A DNA stretch of 32,000 nt from Pseudidiomarina andamanensis (GCF_009734345.1 NZ_CP032551.1:750001-782000); one strand, 5' to 3'; counted from the stretch's first letter, positions 1 through 9,782 are shown. Numbers and translations: made by a program. The notes: generated from the sequence alone by a model not told the origin.

Positions 1-2
1 AA

Positions 3-392
3 GTGCTTGCTGATTTTACTGCAGCATACCAGCAAGCTCACGGTAAAAAACCAAAAATTGAAGCAAAAGGCGGCTGGTACAGCGTCGACGGCGGTAAAAA
101 TGTGCGTCTTGCACAACTTGCCGAAGAAGCAGAAAGCTTAGCTGGTGGCGCATCGAAAAAGCCAGCGGCTAAAGCTGAGAAAAAGACTGAGAAAAAAGCT
201 GAGCCAGCGAAAAAAGCCGCTCCAGCTAAAAAGTCAGCAGCGAAAGCCCCAGCCAAAGCAGCAGCGAAGTCTGATGCAAAAGGCGCCAAAGTGGCAAAAT
301 CTGCGAAAGGCGGTTTAACGGCGAAAGAATTATGGCGCCAACGTCTTGAGCAAGACAGCAGCTTGTCACGCCTGCCTCGCGGTTACGATTAA
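3..392 (+). CDS. C-terminal part of a Lys/Ala-rich (histone-H1-like tail) protein; 5' end lies outside the window
   Basis: ORF is open to the left edge. It carries the low-complexity repeat AKKAAPAKKSAAKAPAKAAAKSDAKGAK and is followed by a strong terminator at 407-435. Confidence 0.6.
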   Translation: MLADFTAAYQQAHGKKPKIEAKGGWYSVDGGKNVRLAQLAEEAESLAGGASKKPAAKAEKKTEKKAEPAKKAAPAKKSAAKAPAKAAAKSDAKGAKVAKSAKGGLTAKELWRQRLEQDSSLSRLPRGYD

Positions 393-406
393 TCGCTCAA
401 GCTTAC

Positions 407-435
407 AAAAAAAGGGACGCTATCGTCCCTTTTTT
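407..435. terminator. Bidirectional rho-independent terminator
   Basis: Stem GGGACG (414-419) / CGTCCC (424-429) with a 4-nt loop. An A-run (407-413) and a T-run (430-435) flank it. It sits between convergent ORFs. Confidence 0.8.
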
Positions 436-465
436 AATACTTATCTTTTACAGCTTTTTAAGCCT

Positions 466-993
466 TTATTTCTTACCGATATAAAGCGTGATCTCGCCAA
501 CAGGCAAACCGAACTTATACATCTGCGTGCGGTTGATCATGTTGTCTTCATCAACCAAATATAACCAATCATCAAGCTGCACTGAAAAAGGCTCGCCATC
601 ACGCTCAATAATCAGCGTGTAACTCCAATTTAAGACGTTACCTGCGGTTGTGCCCTCGGCGACACCTTTCACATCACTAGCGCGGCCTTCATAGCTATTT
701 TCGCCCGTTTTTGTAATGTACCAAATGCGCTCTTGCTCACTGCCGTCGGCATAATAGAATTGTTCGTCAAGAACCCCTTCGTTGCCGTTCCACGTGCCTT
801 TTAAATCGGCACGAAAGCGTTGAATCACCTTACCGCTATAATCTTGCACCATACCGTAAGCAACTAACTCGCCGTTAAAGAACTCTTCAAGTTTTAACTG
901 CGGTTGCTCACCCTGGTAATCTTCAATATTGGCCGAACAACCAATCAGAAAACTCAGTGCACTCGCTGCCACTAACATCTTTAAAAATTTCAT
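466..993 (-). CDS. DUF3833-like lipoprotein
   Basis: Signal peptide plus lipobox (LSFLIGC). It is the last gene of the cfa-type cluster, and its start overlaps the upstream stop by 1 nt. The family call is from memory of this conserved neighbourhood. Confidence 0.7.
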   Translation of the reverse strand: MKFLKMLVAASALSFLIGCSANIEDYQGEQPQLKLEEFFNGELVAYGMVQDYSGKVIQRFRADLKGTWNGNEGVLDEQFYYADGSEQERIWYITKTGENSYEGRASDVKGVAEGTTAGNVLNWSYTLIIERDGEPFSVQLDDWLYLVDEDNMINRTQMYKFGLPVGEITLYIGKK

Positions 994-1535
994 TATTGAA
1001 CTCCTATCAATTCGTTGCGTGCGTCCTTAAAGCGAGAATTTTCATCAAGCCAAATCGCGAGGAAATCTTCGGTAAATTGCGCTGATTGAATCTCTCCAAT
1101 CTCGCCTGATGGGCCAAAAAATTTAGCGTAACCCTGCTCGGTCTCTAGCAAAGTAATGCAATCGCCCTCTTGTACGTTCGGCCACATTTGACGCAATTCA
1201 CTCAGCCATTGTTGGTGGTCAGCACTAATAGTAATGCCCAGCCGTTCCCATTCTTCAGCGGTGGTATCAACGAGATCTTTTGCCTTGATATCGCGTAGAT
1301 AACTCAACTGCAGTGCACGTTGTTCGGCGCTGTCGAGTGCGCCCGTATCGGTGCGTAGTTCGGCATCATAGACATCCCAAAACCAAACACTCAGACGAGT
1401 CTCGCCTACTTTTTGCAATGTTTCGAATTCATCAACCGTACATTGCGATGCCAGCGCAGAAGGACTAATGCCGCTTAAAACCAGTGCCGAAGAAACAACA
1501 AAGCCGTCACGTAAATAAGAGAATAATTTCGTCAT
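993..1535 (-). CDS. Chalcone-isomerase-like family protein (secreted)
   Basis: N-terminal signal-like segment. Position is between the DUF2878 and DUF3833 genes, as in the conserved cfa/DUF1365 cluster. Confidence 0.6.
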   Translation of the reverse strand: MTKLFSYLRDGFVVSSALVLSGISPSALASQCTVDEFETLQKVGETRLSVWFWDVYDAELRTDTGALDSAEQRALQLSYLRDIKAKDLVDTTAEEWERLGITISADHQQWLSELRQMWPNVQEGDCITLLETEQGYAKFFGPSGEIGEIQSAQFTEDFLAIWLDENSRFKDARNELIGVQ

Positions 1536-1553
1536 GATGAACCTCCTCGTTGG

Positions 1554-2087
1554 TTAGCTCGCGGCTTTCACAAAGCGCGGCATTAACCAAGCAAATATCA
1601 CCATATATACGGACCAAAGTGCCGCATAGATTACCCAGAGCTGCCATTCAGGCGCCAGCAGCTCGGCTGCACCTAAACGGATACCAATGGCATAGGTCAG
1701 CGGGCCGGAAGCTATCCCTAACAACGCAGCCCACAGCGGACGCCCGGCTAGCCCGCTCAACGTATTCATGAGCATGCCAACAAAGCCAAGCCAGAGCAGG
1801 ATTAGCCATAACGGTAAAAACCCGCCAGTGAAAGTTAGAATACCAACACCAACGACTGTGCCTTCAAGCGCTAAACCCAATAACACCAAAATGATATAGA
1901 GAGACCAATTAAAATCGCTGCTACGAATGGCTAAAACAACCTGTAGTGCGACTAGAATAACGGTTGCAATTAACCAATCAGCACGACCGGCAACAGCACT
2001 AAGCCAGACTAAATCAAATAGAAATAGTCCAGCTAATTTAGGAAGCCAAGTACGAACAACTTGGCGCGATTTTTCATTTAACGACAC
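1554..2087 (-). CDS. DUF2878-like polytopic membrane protein
   Basis: Highly hydrophobic with several predicted TM helices. It overlaps the cfa-like stop by 10 nt. Confidence 0.65.
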   Translation of the reverse strand: MSLNEKSRQVVRTWLPKLAGLFLFDLVWLSAVAGRADWLIATVILVALQVVLAIRSSDFNWSLYIILVLLGLALEGTVVGVGILTFTGGFLPLWLILLWLGFVGMLMNTLSGLAGRPLWAALLGIASGPLTYAIGIRLGAAELLAPEWQLWVIYAALWSVYMVIFAWLMPRFVKAAS

Positions 2088-3316
2088 TGTGGTTTGGTTG
2101 CCACAAGTTGCACCGCTGATACGGTACGCTCACGGAAACCACCTTCGCAATAGCACAGATAATAGTTCCACATACGACCAAAGCGTTCGTCGTAACCATG
2201 TTTCATCAATTCGGGATGCGCGTGGTTAAATTGCACACGCCAATCAGCCAAAGTCTGCGCGTAGTCATAGCCAATGTCATCAATATGACGAATCACCATG
2301 TCGGTTTGTTCAGTAAACATTTCTGCCATCATGGTTAATGACGGCAAAAACCCTCCCGGAAAGATATATTTCTGAATAAAATCAACCGAGTTGGCGTAAC
2401 TTTTCATGCGCTGATCAGCAATCGTAATGGCCTGCAAAGCCATTTTGCCATTTGGTTTTAATAGCCGATTACAAGTTGTAAAGAAGGTTGGCATGTATTT
2501 ACGACCAACGGCTTCAATCATTTCCACCGATACCAACTTGTCGTAAGTACCAGTAAGATCGCGGTAATCTTCTTTCAACAATGTAATCAAATGACCGAGA
2601 CCTTCTCGCTCAACCAACGCTTTCGTATAACTATACTGTTCTTCTGAAATAGTCGTGGTTGTCACTTTACAGCCGTAGTTTTTTGCTGCAAAGACAGCTA
2701 GGCCGCCCCAGCCCGTGCCAATTTCAAGCAAATGATCGGCAGCTGTTAACTCAAGGCTGTCGCACAAGCGCTTCAATTTGTGCTGTTGCGCTTCAGCAAG
2801 AGTCGCATCTTCATGTGGATACACCGCACTTGAATACTGCAGCGCTGGGTCCAAAAATGCCTGATAGAGGTCGTTGCCTAAATCATAGTGCGCCGAAATA
2901 TTCTCTTTTGCTTGGCGTTTACTGTTATTGCGGCGCCAATGCTGAAATTTTTGAATCGGCAATAAAATCCAGCTCAACTTGGCTTCTGCCGCATCAAGGG
3001 CCGGCAAATTCCGAGCGAATACCTGAATGACGTGGGTTAAATTAGGGGTTGTCCAGCTTTCGTCCATGAACAGCTCGGCAGCGCCAATACTGCCGCCAAA
3101 TAGAAAGCGGCGATAGAAGCCCGGTTTCTGTATATCAATTTCGGCCTTTAATGTGCTTTTTTCAGAGCCAAAGCGGCCAACAATCTGACCACGCTCTTTC
3201 ACCACCAAATAGCCTTCGGTTAACCGGCTAAGCAAGCTCAACACGGTCTTTCGTAATACTTTATCGATACTACCTAAATCGTTTTGCATAACCGTCAATG
3301 CATTCTCTTCGTACAT
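2078..3316 (-). CDS. cfa: Cyclopropane-fatty-acyl-phospholipid synthase family SAM-dependent methyltransferase
   Basis: SAM-binding motif LLEIGTGWGGLA and a Cfa-like C-terminus (YLCYCEGGF). Length is 412 aa. Confidence 0.9.
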   Translation of the reverse strand: MYEENALTVMQNDLGSIDKVLRKTVLSLLSRLTEGYLVVKERGQIVGRFGSEKSTLKAEIDIQKPGFYRRFLFGGSIGAAELFMDESWTTPNLTHVIQVFARNLPALDAAEAKLSWILLPIQKFQHWRRNNSKRQAKENISAHYDLGNDLYQAFLDPALQYSSAVYPHEDATLAEAQQHKLKRLCDSLELTAADHLLEIGTGWGGLAVFAAKNYGCKVTTTTISEEQYSYTKALVEREGLGHLITLLKEDYRDLTGTYDKLVSVEMIEAVGRKYMPTFFTTCNRLLKPNGKMALQAITIADQRMKSYANSVDFIQKYIFPGGFLPSLTMMAEMFTEQTDMVIRHIDDIGYDYAQTLADWRVQFNHAHPELMKHGYDERFGRMWNYYLCYCEGGFRERTVSAVQLVATKPQCR

Positions 3317-3328
3317 TAGAACAAACCC

Positions 3329-4078
3329 TTATTTAGACTTATCGGTGTTGGGATGGGTGTACACTGGTGTACGCTTCAACCACAACCGCAATGCCTGCCA
3401 ATAAATAGCGCTTACGGTACCCAACGTGTTTATGGGATATCTTAGTAATACGTTACGAATGGATTTCGAGTTCAATTCAACGCGCGTTAATTTTACTGTG
3501 GCACTGAAATCGCGCTTTTTTGCATGCACATCGAGATGCACCATAGCGTGGTGTTCCGGTGTCGGCTGAGGAGGAATAAGTTGCCAGTGGTAGCGCATAT
3601 CTATTGGATTAAATGGTGATACATGAAAGGCTTTGTCGTGCACAAGCGCGGTCGACAAATCCAGCGCATAATAATGACGCTCGTTCCAAGGCGTATTGCT
3701 CACTTCAGCAAGCATATAACTGTAATCCGTTTGACATTCCGGTTGCACGAAATAACAATTCAGCGGGCTAAAATACAACCCAAACGTACGCACAGCGCCG
3801 AGAAAAAACACTCGGCCTTTGATTTCATGGCCGGTTAACTCAGCAAGTTTATCGCGCACGGCTTGCGCTAAATCACCTTGGCTACCACGTAAATAATCTT
3901 CGCGCTGAAACCGAAGCGGTGCAAAGCCCTTGGTTGAAAACCAGCGGCTTTGCGCAGCAACTTGCTCAAGCTCATCAAGAGCCAACCACCACTGCGCAAT
4001 GCTATAACTAAATGCATGTTGCGTGGGGCGATAACGGGCATGATGCACGCGCCCCTTTAAAATCGCACTAGCTAACAT
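3329..4078 (-). CDS. DUF1365 family protein (UfaO-like, furan fatty acid pathway candidate)
   Basis: Typical about 250 aa size. Sits immediately downstream of, and overlaps by 11 nt, the FAD-oxidoreductase gene, upstream of the cfa-like gene. Confidence 0.7.
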   Translation of the reverse strand: MLASAILKGRVHHARYRPTQHAFSYSIAQWWLALDELEQVAAQSRWFSTKGFAPLRFQREDYLRGSQGDLAQAVRDKLAELTGHEIKGRVFFLGAVRTFGLYFSPLNCYFVQPECQTDYSYMLAEVSNTPWNERHYYALDLSTALVHDKAFHVSPFNPIDMRYHWQLIPPQPTPEHHAMVHLDVHAKKRDFSATVKLTRVELNSKSIRNVLLRYPINTLGTVSAIYWQALRLWLKRTPVYTHPNTDKSK

Positions 4079-5348
4079 CCCAGTCGATTCCTAAGCGTCT
4101 TGCCACATCAACCGCACTACGCACGCCATCTTCGTGGAAACCGTTATACCAGTAAGCGCCCGTAAAGTGACAATGGTGATGACCACAAATGCGGTCGCGT
4201 TGCTCCCGTGCTTGCATCGATGCCACGCTGTAAACCGGATGGGCGTAATAGTAAGTTCCCAGAATTTTCTCTGGATGAATAGCCGATGTGTTATTCAAGG
4301 TCACACAGAATACCTCCGGCGCATCAATGCGCTGTAAGATATTCATATTATAGCTCACCGAACTTGGGCGCGTGCGGGCATCGTCATCATTGTGTAATAA
4401 GTAGTTCCAACTCGCCCATGCACGTTTATTGCGCGGCAACAAACGCACGTCGGTATGCAATACCACTTCGTTCATTTGGTATGGAATATTACCGAGAACC
4501 TGTTGTTCAGCTTCTGTTGGCTGCGCTAACAAAGCGAGTGCTTCGTCGCTATGACAAGCAAATATCACCTCGTCAAAGTCTTGCTTATTTCCGTCCGCAA
4601 ATTCGAGTGTGATAGCACCCTCACGCTCCGGTAGGTCTCGATGGACAGCGACAATATTGGCATTGAGCGTAATGTTGTCGGCAAACCCCGCCGTAAGCGG
4701 TTTTATGTAGGCGCTAGAACCACCAATAATGGTATGCCATTGTGGTCTGTCCGCCACGTTTAACAGGCCGTGGTTCGAGAAAAAGCGCAAAAAGAAACCG
4801 AGTGGAAACGCTTCCGCTTCTTCTAGGCTTGCGCTCCAAATTGCAGCAACCATCGGCAATAAATAGAGCTCACTCACTTCGTTGGAGATGTTTTGTTGCT
4901 TAAGAAACTCACCCAACGTAATTTCATCGAGGTTATCGCCATTTTCATAAGCCGCTTTAGCTGCTTTATTAAAGCGCAAAATGCCGTTAATCAATCGATA
5001 AAAACTCGGTGAAAACAAATTCTTGCGCTGTGCAAATAACGTATTGAGGTTGTGGCCGTTGTACTCTAATCCGGTTTCTGGGTCACGCACACTAAAACTC
5101 ATTTCAGTATCTTGCCAAGCCACGTTTAGCTCTCGCATGAGTGCACGAAAATTCGGGTAGGTACGGTCATTAAAGACGATAAACCCTGTATCTACTGCAT
5201 AATCTTTGCCATGCGCTTTAACTGGTACTGTGTGGGTGTGCCCACCAATATAATCATTCTTTTCAAACACTTGTACATCATGTTGCTTGTGCAACAAATA
5301 GGCTGATGTAAGGCCCGCAATACCTGAGCCGATAATGGCAATCTTCAT
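4068..5348 (-). CDS. NAD(P)/FAD-dependent oxidoreductase, amine-oxidase/desaturase-like (UfaD-like candidate)
   Basis: N-terminal dinucleotide fold KIAIIGSGIAGLTSAY. Length is 426 aa, and the neighbourhood is conserved. Confidence 0.85.
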   Translation of the reverse strand: MKIAIIGSGIAGLTSAYLLHKQHDVQVFEKNDYIGGHTHTVPVKAHGKDYAVDTGFIVFNDRTYPNFRALMRELNVAWQDTEMSFSVRDPETGLEYNGHNLNTLFAQRKNLFSPSFYRLINGILRFNKAAKAAYENGDNLDEITLGEFLKQQNISNEVSELYLLPMVAAIWSASLEEAEAFPLGFFLRFFSNHGLLNVADRPQWHTIIGGSSAYIKPLTAGFADNITLNANIVAVHRDLPEREGAITLEFADGNKQDFDEVIFACHSDEALALLAQPTEAEQQVLGNIPYQMNEVVLHTDVRLLPRNKRAWASWNYLLHNDDDARTRPSSVSYNMNILQRIDAPEVFCVTLNNTSAIHPEKILGTYYYAHPVYSVASMQAREQRDRICGHHHCHFTGAYWYNGFHEDGVRSAVDVARRLGIDWDVS

Positions 5349-5385
5349 GAAAGTACTTCTCCGTAAGGTAAGCCGTAACGACGAC

Positions 5386-6102
5386 TTAAGCCATTCGCTT
5401 AGACAACGCCACCTGCCATGATTGCGGTAAGCGCGACATTAATTTTAAAAACCAACCAAACACAGTTGGAAAGGTAATATCCGTGGTTCCTTTACGAATT
5501 CCCTTACGGATTCGATCAGAGGCAAATTCAACTGATACTCGCATCGGCATCTCAAAATCATTCGCATCAGTCATTGGGGTTTCGACAAAGCCAGGAGATA
5601 CCGTAAGAACTTGAATACCCTTCGGTTCGAGGTCAACTTGCAGACTTCGTGCAATGTATTGAATGGCTGCTTTGGAACCACCGTAGGCTTCGGCACGAGT
5701 AAACGGCAGCAAGCGCGCCGTACTGCCAACAAGCACAAGCTTGCTACCAGCTTTCATATTCGGTAGTAACGCCTCAACACAGCGCATCATGCCAAACACG
5801 TTCACTTCAAATACGCGCTCAAACATCGCAGCTTCGAAGCGGTCAATATCAACATATTCACACACTCCGGCCGATAGAATCACCACGTCAACGTCGGTAT
5901 AAGCGGCAAGCGCTTGCTGGGTTTGATCGGCATCACTAACGTCTAAACGCTGTGCAGCAATATTGTCAGGGAAGCGTTGTTCTAACTCAGCGAGTACATC
6001 GGTATTACGTCCGCAGGCTATAACCGTGTGGCCTTCGCTCGCATAATCCATCGCAACTTGTTTGCCGATACCTGAGGTGGCGCCTGTAATCAGAATGTTC
6101 AT
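5386..6102 (-). CDS. Short-chain dehydrogenase/reductase (SDR)
   Basis: TGxxxGxG motif (ILITGATSGIGK) and catalytic YGGSK (YxxxK). Confidence 0.9.
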   Translation of the reverse strand: MNILITGATSGIGKQVAMDYASEGHTVIACGRNTDVLAELEQRFPDNIAAQRLDVSDADQTQQALAAYTDVDVVILSAGVCEYVDIDRFEAAMFERVFEVNVFGMMRCVEALLPNMKAGSKLVLVGSTARLLPFTRAEAYGGSKAAIQYIARSLQVDLEPKGIQVLTVSPGFVETPMTDANDFEMPMRVSVEFASDRIRKGIRKGTTDITFPTVFGWFLKLMSRLPQSWQVALSKRMA

Positions 6103-6536
6103 GATGATTTCACCCGCGTTTTAATCTTATCAATCACATAGCCAATCACGGGAATGTGTTCATACAGCATCGCGCCAGCGTCGTAATAGTCGGTTTGCGA
6201 TAAAATTTTATCGTTTTCAAGCTTCAAATGACTGGTACCCGGCACGACTATCTCACGCCCTTGCGCTAATTTCGGGTGCTTCAAGCGCATCTGCCACGTC
6301 ACAAACACATCATCGCCCTGCCGCGCTCTATCTGCGAATGCAAAATGGCAATACTCGACGCCTTTGATGGTGTTTAAAAAGTAGGTTTTAAGATCGTCTA
6401 TGCCCTGCACGTGATGAATTGGGTCAACAAAGGAAACGTCTTCACAATACAACGTATCAAGTGCAGCAATACTGTCTTCATTTAAGTCGTCATAGAGCCG
6501 TTCTAGCTGTTCAACGATATCTGCCACACTAGTCAT
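6099..6536 (-). CDS. NTF2/SnoaL-like fold protein
   Basis: 145 aa. There is a 4-nt overlap with the SDR start, and the position matches the conserved cluster. The fold call is by family memory, not a computed search. Confidence 0.6.
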   Translation of the reverse strand: MTSVADIVEQLERLYDDLNEDSIAALDTLYCEDVSFVDPIHHVQGIDDLKTYFLNTIKGVEYCHFAFADRARQGDDVFVTWQMRLKHPKLAQGREIVVPGTSHLKLENDKILSQTDYYDAGAMLYEHIPVIGYVIDKIKTRVKSS

Positions 6537-6557
6537 GATTCCCCCGTCGTTCTGTGT

Positions 6558-7964
6558 TTATAAGGCCTTAAAAGCCGTTAAGAAACGCTCCCTTGCTTGC
6601 TTATGGTTCACAATAGGAGCCGGATAATCGTCGCGTCCACGTTGTTTTAACCATGCAGTTGGCGCATGAATCTGTTTGGCCGGACAATCTTTTAATTGTT
6701 TAACCCATTTACGAATATAGCTGCCGTCGGGATCAACTTTTTCGCTTTGTAACGTTGGGTTAAACACCCGAAAATACGGTGCTGCATCAGTACCGGTTGA
6801 AGCACTCCACTGCCAGCCGCCATTGTTCGCAGCAAAGCTACCATCAATAAGATGTTGCATGAAAAACCGCTCACCCCAACGCCAGTCGATCATCAGATCT
6901 TTCACTAAAAAATGCGCCACAATCATGCGCACGCGGTTATGCATCCAACCTTCAGCGGCGAGTTGACGCATACCGGCATCGACAATGGGATACCCGGTTT
7001 CACCGCGACACCACGCGTCAAATTCGGCTTCGTTATTACGCCATTGCATGGCATCGGTATGCTTCAAAAACGCCTTGCCATAACTTAAGCGTGGCACATG
7101 CTGCATTAAGTGCAAATAAAACTCGCGCCATATCAGCTCGTTTAACCAAGTATCGGCGCCCTTGTCCAACCCTGCTGGAAAATTCGGACTTTGCTGCGCC
7201 ATCAAATGTATAGCTTGCCATGGTGATAAAATGCCAAGCTCCCAATACGGTGAAAGTCGCGACGTTGTGTCTAACCCTGGCATATCGCGCTCAGCCGCAT
7301 AACCATCGACATTCTCGGCGAGATAACGGTGCAAGGCTTCGCGAGCGGCAGCTTCGCCAACGTCCCAGGCGCTCGAATCGCGCTGCGGATAATCAATTTC
7401 TGGAATGGTTGCCACCTGAACAGACTGGCGCTGCGGCAGCGCTGCAATCGACGGCAGCCCTTTTTCTGAAACGTATTCTCGCCATGCTTTCGCAAACGGC
7501 GTGAATTTCTGATACATACTCCCTGCTTGCGTGGTAATAACTGGCGGCACCACTAAGCTGCCGTGGTGTTGGTGCACTGCAATGTCGTGGTCTTCCAGCA
7601 CCGCTTTCACGGCAAGATCACGGCGCTGTTCATGTACAGGATATTCAGCATTAAAATGAAGCTCAGTAAGCTCATGTTCCTGCGAAAAACGTTTCACCGC
7701 TTTCGCCGCGTTTGCCCACGAATCAATCACCTCTATCGACAAGGCAATACCATGCTCCGCTGCGTCCTTTACGAACTCATGCAAGTGTCGACGCAGCAAG
7801 TCCCACTTTATCGGCGCCCAATCATGCTCGCGCATTTGCTCAGGGCACAACAGTAACAGCGCAGGAATCGCACGTTCGGTGCTATTCACCTCACTGGCTG
7901 CGGCCACCGCTGGGTTAGCAGCCAAGCGTACATCACCACGAAACCACACCCCGGCGTAACTCAT
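6558..7964 (-). CDS. phrB: Deoxyribodipyrimidine photolyase (class I CPD type)
   Basis: Motifs TGYPIVDAGMRQL and NNGGWQWSASTGTDAAPYFRVFNP. The start overlaps the ybgA stop in ATGA, as in the E. coli ybgA-phr operon. Confidence 0.93.
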   Translation of the reverse strand: MSYAGVWFRGDVRLAANPAVAAASEVNSTERAIPALLLLCPEQMREHDWAPIKWDLLRRHLHEFVKDAAEHGIALSIEVIDSWANAAKAVKRFSQEHELTELHFNAEYPVHEQRRDLAVKAVLEDHDIAVHQHHGSLVVPPVITTQAGSMYQKFTPFAKAWREYVSEKGLPSIAALPQRQSVQVATIPEIDYPQRDSSAWDVGEAAAREALHRYLAENVDGYAAERDMPGLDTTSRLSPYWELGILSPWQAIHLMAQQSPNFPAGLDKGADTWLNELIWREFYLHLMQHVPRLSYGKAFLKHTDAMQWRNNEAEFDAWCRGETGYPIVDAGMRQLAAEGWMHNRVRMIVAHFLVKDLMIDWRWGERFFMQHLIDGSFAANNGGWQWSASTGTDAAPYFRVFNPTLQSEKVDPDGSYIRKWVKQLKDCPAKQIHAPTAWLKQRGRDDYPAPIVNHKQARERFLTAFKAL

Positions 7965-8896
7965 AGTGCGTACCTCAATTTCAAATCAGCCGGATACGGA
8001 TTTAAGTACCGTTGCCCCTGCAAATAATCATTCGGATATTCGCGCAGATAGTGCCGTAACAACGTCAGCGGCACTAATAGCGGCTGTATACCGTCGTGAT
8101 AATCCATAATTAACGTACTGAGTTCAGCTTTCTGATCTTTGCTAAGATGCTGACCGAAATAGCCCTGAATATGCTGCAAAACGTTGGTGTGATTAGCTCG
8201 TGTCGCCGGCTTACCTAATGCGGCCATAATTGCTTCAATATATTGTTTGGCAAAATCTGCATCGATGTCTTGCTGGTCAGCCACCAAACGCCCTAAACGA
8301 CGATACTCGGCCTGGTTGTGCGCTAATAACAACAGCTTCAGTTCGGTATGAAAGTTCAACAAATCAGCTTTGCGCAGCGGTTGTGGTAATTGTTGCCACG
8401 CATGATATACAAACACGCGCATCACGAAGTTCTCACGCAATGGTGCATCATTTAAGCGGCCATCTTCTTCCAACGGCAGCGCCGGATGCAATTCGCGCAA
8501 ACGCTTTACAAAAATGCCTTCAGCCTCTTTGCGCGCATAGCCAGTGTCTGGGTCATAAAGTTTCACTCGTTCCATGCCACAACTCGGTGATTTGGCACAC
8601 AAAACATAGCCACTCAACTGCTTCAAATGCGGCTGCGCTTTATCAGCGAAGTGACTGAGCCTATCGGTTACATCGTCACCTGTTTTCGGAACCACGGCAC
8701 GCACACCGTGGGCGTGTTGTTCTAAACGAATGGTAGGACGCGGCACAGGCATACCAATACCAACTTCTGGGCACAACTTAACGAACTCAACATGGCGTTG
8801 CAGTTCATTCGCGCAAAAATCAGATTTCTTATGGCCACCATCAAACCGTACTTGATCGCCTAGTAAGCAGGCACTGATACCAACTTTTATTGTCAC
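7961..8896 (-). CDS. ybgA: YbgA-type DUF523 + DUF1722 protein
   Basis: N-terminal ISACLLGDQVRFDGGHK (DUF523-like). GTG start is preceded by GGAG at 7-nt spacing, and it forms an operon with phrB. Confidence 0.8.
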   Translation of the reverse strand: MTIKVGISACLLGDQVRFDGGHKKSDFCANELQRHVEFVKLCPEVGIGMPVPRPTIRLEQHAHGVRAVVPKTGDDVTDRLSHFADKAQPHLKQLSGYVLCAKSPSCGMERVKLYDPDTGYARKEAEGIFVKRLRELHPALPLEEDGRLNDAPLRENFVMRVFVYHAWQQLPQPLRKADLLNFHTELKLLLLAHNQAEYRRLGRLVADQQDIDADFAKQYIEAIMAALGKPATRANHTNVLQHIQGYFGQHLSKDQKAELSTLIMDYHDGIQPLLVPLTLLRHYLREYPNDYLQGQRYLNPYPADLKLRYAL

Positions 8897-8973
8897 CGTG
8901 ACACTCCTTGGTTGTGACTTTCATTCTAGCCTGACGAAAATTACGAAAAATAGCTACAAAAGTTCACCAGAAT

Positions 8974-9003
8974 TAATCCAAAACAAAAATCCATGCGTAA
9001 TTG
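8974..9003 (+). promoter_or_regulatory. Candidate ECF (sigmaE/ChrR-type) promoter: TAATCC-N18-TAATTG
   Basis: Shares the architecture and the GCGTAA -10-like element with the site at 9674-9703, at identical 18-nt spacing. It lies 31 nt upstream of the LON-N gene start. Confidence 0.35.
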
Positions 9004-9033
9004 CGTTAACTGTCATCTAAGAGGTTAGCAATA

Positions 9034-9657
9034 ATGACGCAAGCGCAACAAACAATGCCTTTATTTCCGTTGTCGGGGCACGTGTTACCGGGTGGTACCA
9101 TGCGACTGCGCATATTTGAGCCACGCTATATTCGCATGGTCAAAGAAGCTTGTAATGGTGCATCGTGCCGACCTATTGGTATGTGCATGTTGAATGAAAA
9201 TGGTGATCGCGACTTAAATACGCACATTCACCCTATTGGTACCGCTGCGACTATTATCGATTTCGAACAGCTACCTGACGGTTTATTAGGTATCACAGTT
9301 GCCGGACAGTATCTGTTTCGAATTTCAGATATTGAAGAACAAGAAGATGGACTTCGCGTAGGCCATACCGATGACGTGCCAGCCTGGCCAACCCAGAAGC
9401 TAACATTAGCTGATAATTTTTTAGCTGAGCAACTTGTAGAAATTTACAATACTTACCCTGAGCTTGCCGTTGCGCATGACGACGCCCAGCTTAAGCAGGC
9501 TGATTGGGTGTGTTTACGTTGGCTAGAGCTGATACCTGTCAGTGCGCAAACCAAGCAAGAATTGCTTCAAGCACCAACCGCTGATGCCGCATTAACGTTC
9601 TTGCGTGACCTTGTCGCTGAGAGTGAACAACAAAACGAACAACAAGCCGCAGGATAA
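9034..9657 (+). CDS. LON-peptidase N-terminal substrate-binding-domain protein
   Basis: LPLFPLSGHVLPGGTMRLRIFEPRYIRMV is the typical LON-N / PUA-like opening motif. There is no ATPase or protease domain. Confidence 0.8.
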   Translation: MTQAQQTMPLFPLSGHVLPGGTMRLRIFEPRYIRMVKEACNGASCRPIGMCMLNENGDRDLNTHIHPIGTAATIIDFEQLPDGLLGITVAGQYLFRISDIEEQEDGLRVGHTDDVPAWPTQKLTLADNFLAEQLVEIYNTYPELAVAHDDAQLKQADWVCLRWLELIPVSAQTKQELLQAPTADAALTFLRDLVAESEQQNEQQAAG

Positions 9658-9673
9658 ATTTTGCTCGCGGGCG

Positions 9674-9703
9674 TGATCCAACCGCAAAATAACTGCGTAA
9701 AAC
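9674..9703 (+). promoter_or_regulatory. Candidate autoregulated ECF sigma promoter: TGATCC-N18-TAAAAC
   Basis: TGATCC at 9674-9679, then 18 nt, then TAA at 9698, preceded by GCG. It matches my recollection of the Rhodobacter sigmaE-type -35 TGATCC. It lies upstream of the ECF sigma ORF. Confidence 0.45.
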
Positions 9704-9782
9704 ACAGACAATATGTTGAATATCCTGGTGGGTATAAACTACTATGCAGACAGCAACTCATAGAATAACGAAACGGAACACT

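Noticed and set aside
38-289. 83-aa minus-strand ORF opposite the Lys/Ala-rich gene
   Set aside because: It is an antisense artefact of GC-skewed low-complexity repeat DNA (poly-Ala/Phe translation). There is no RBS and no independent support.
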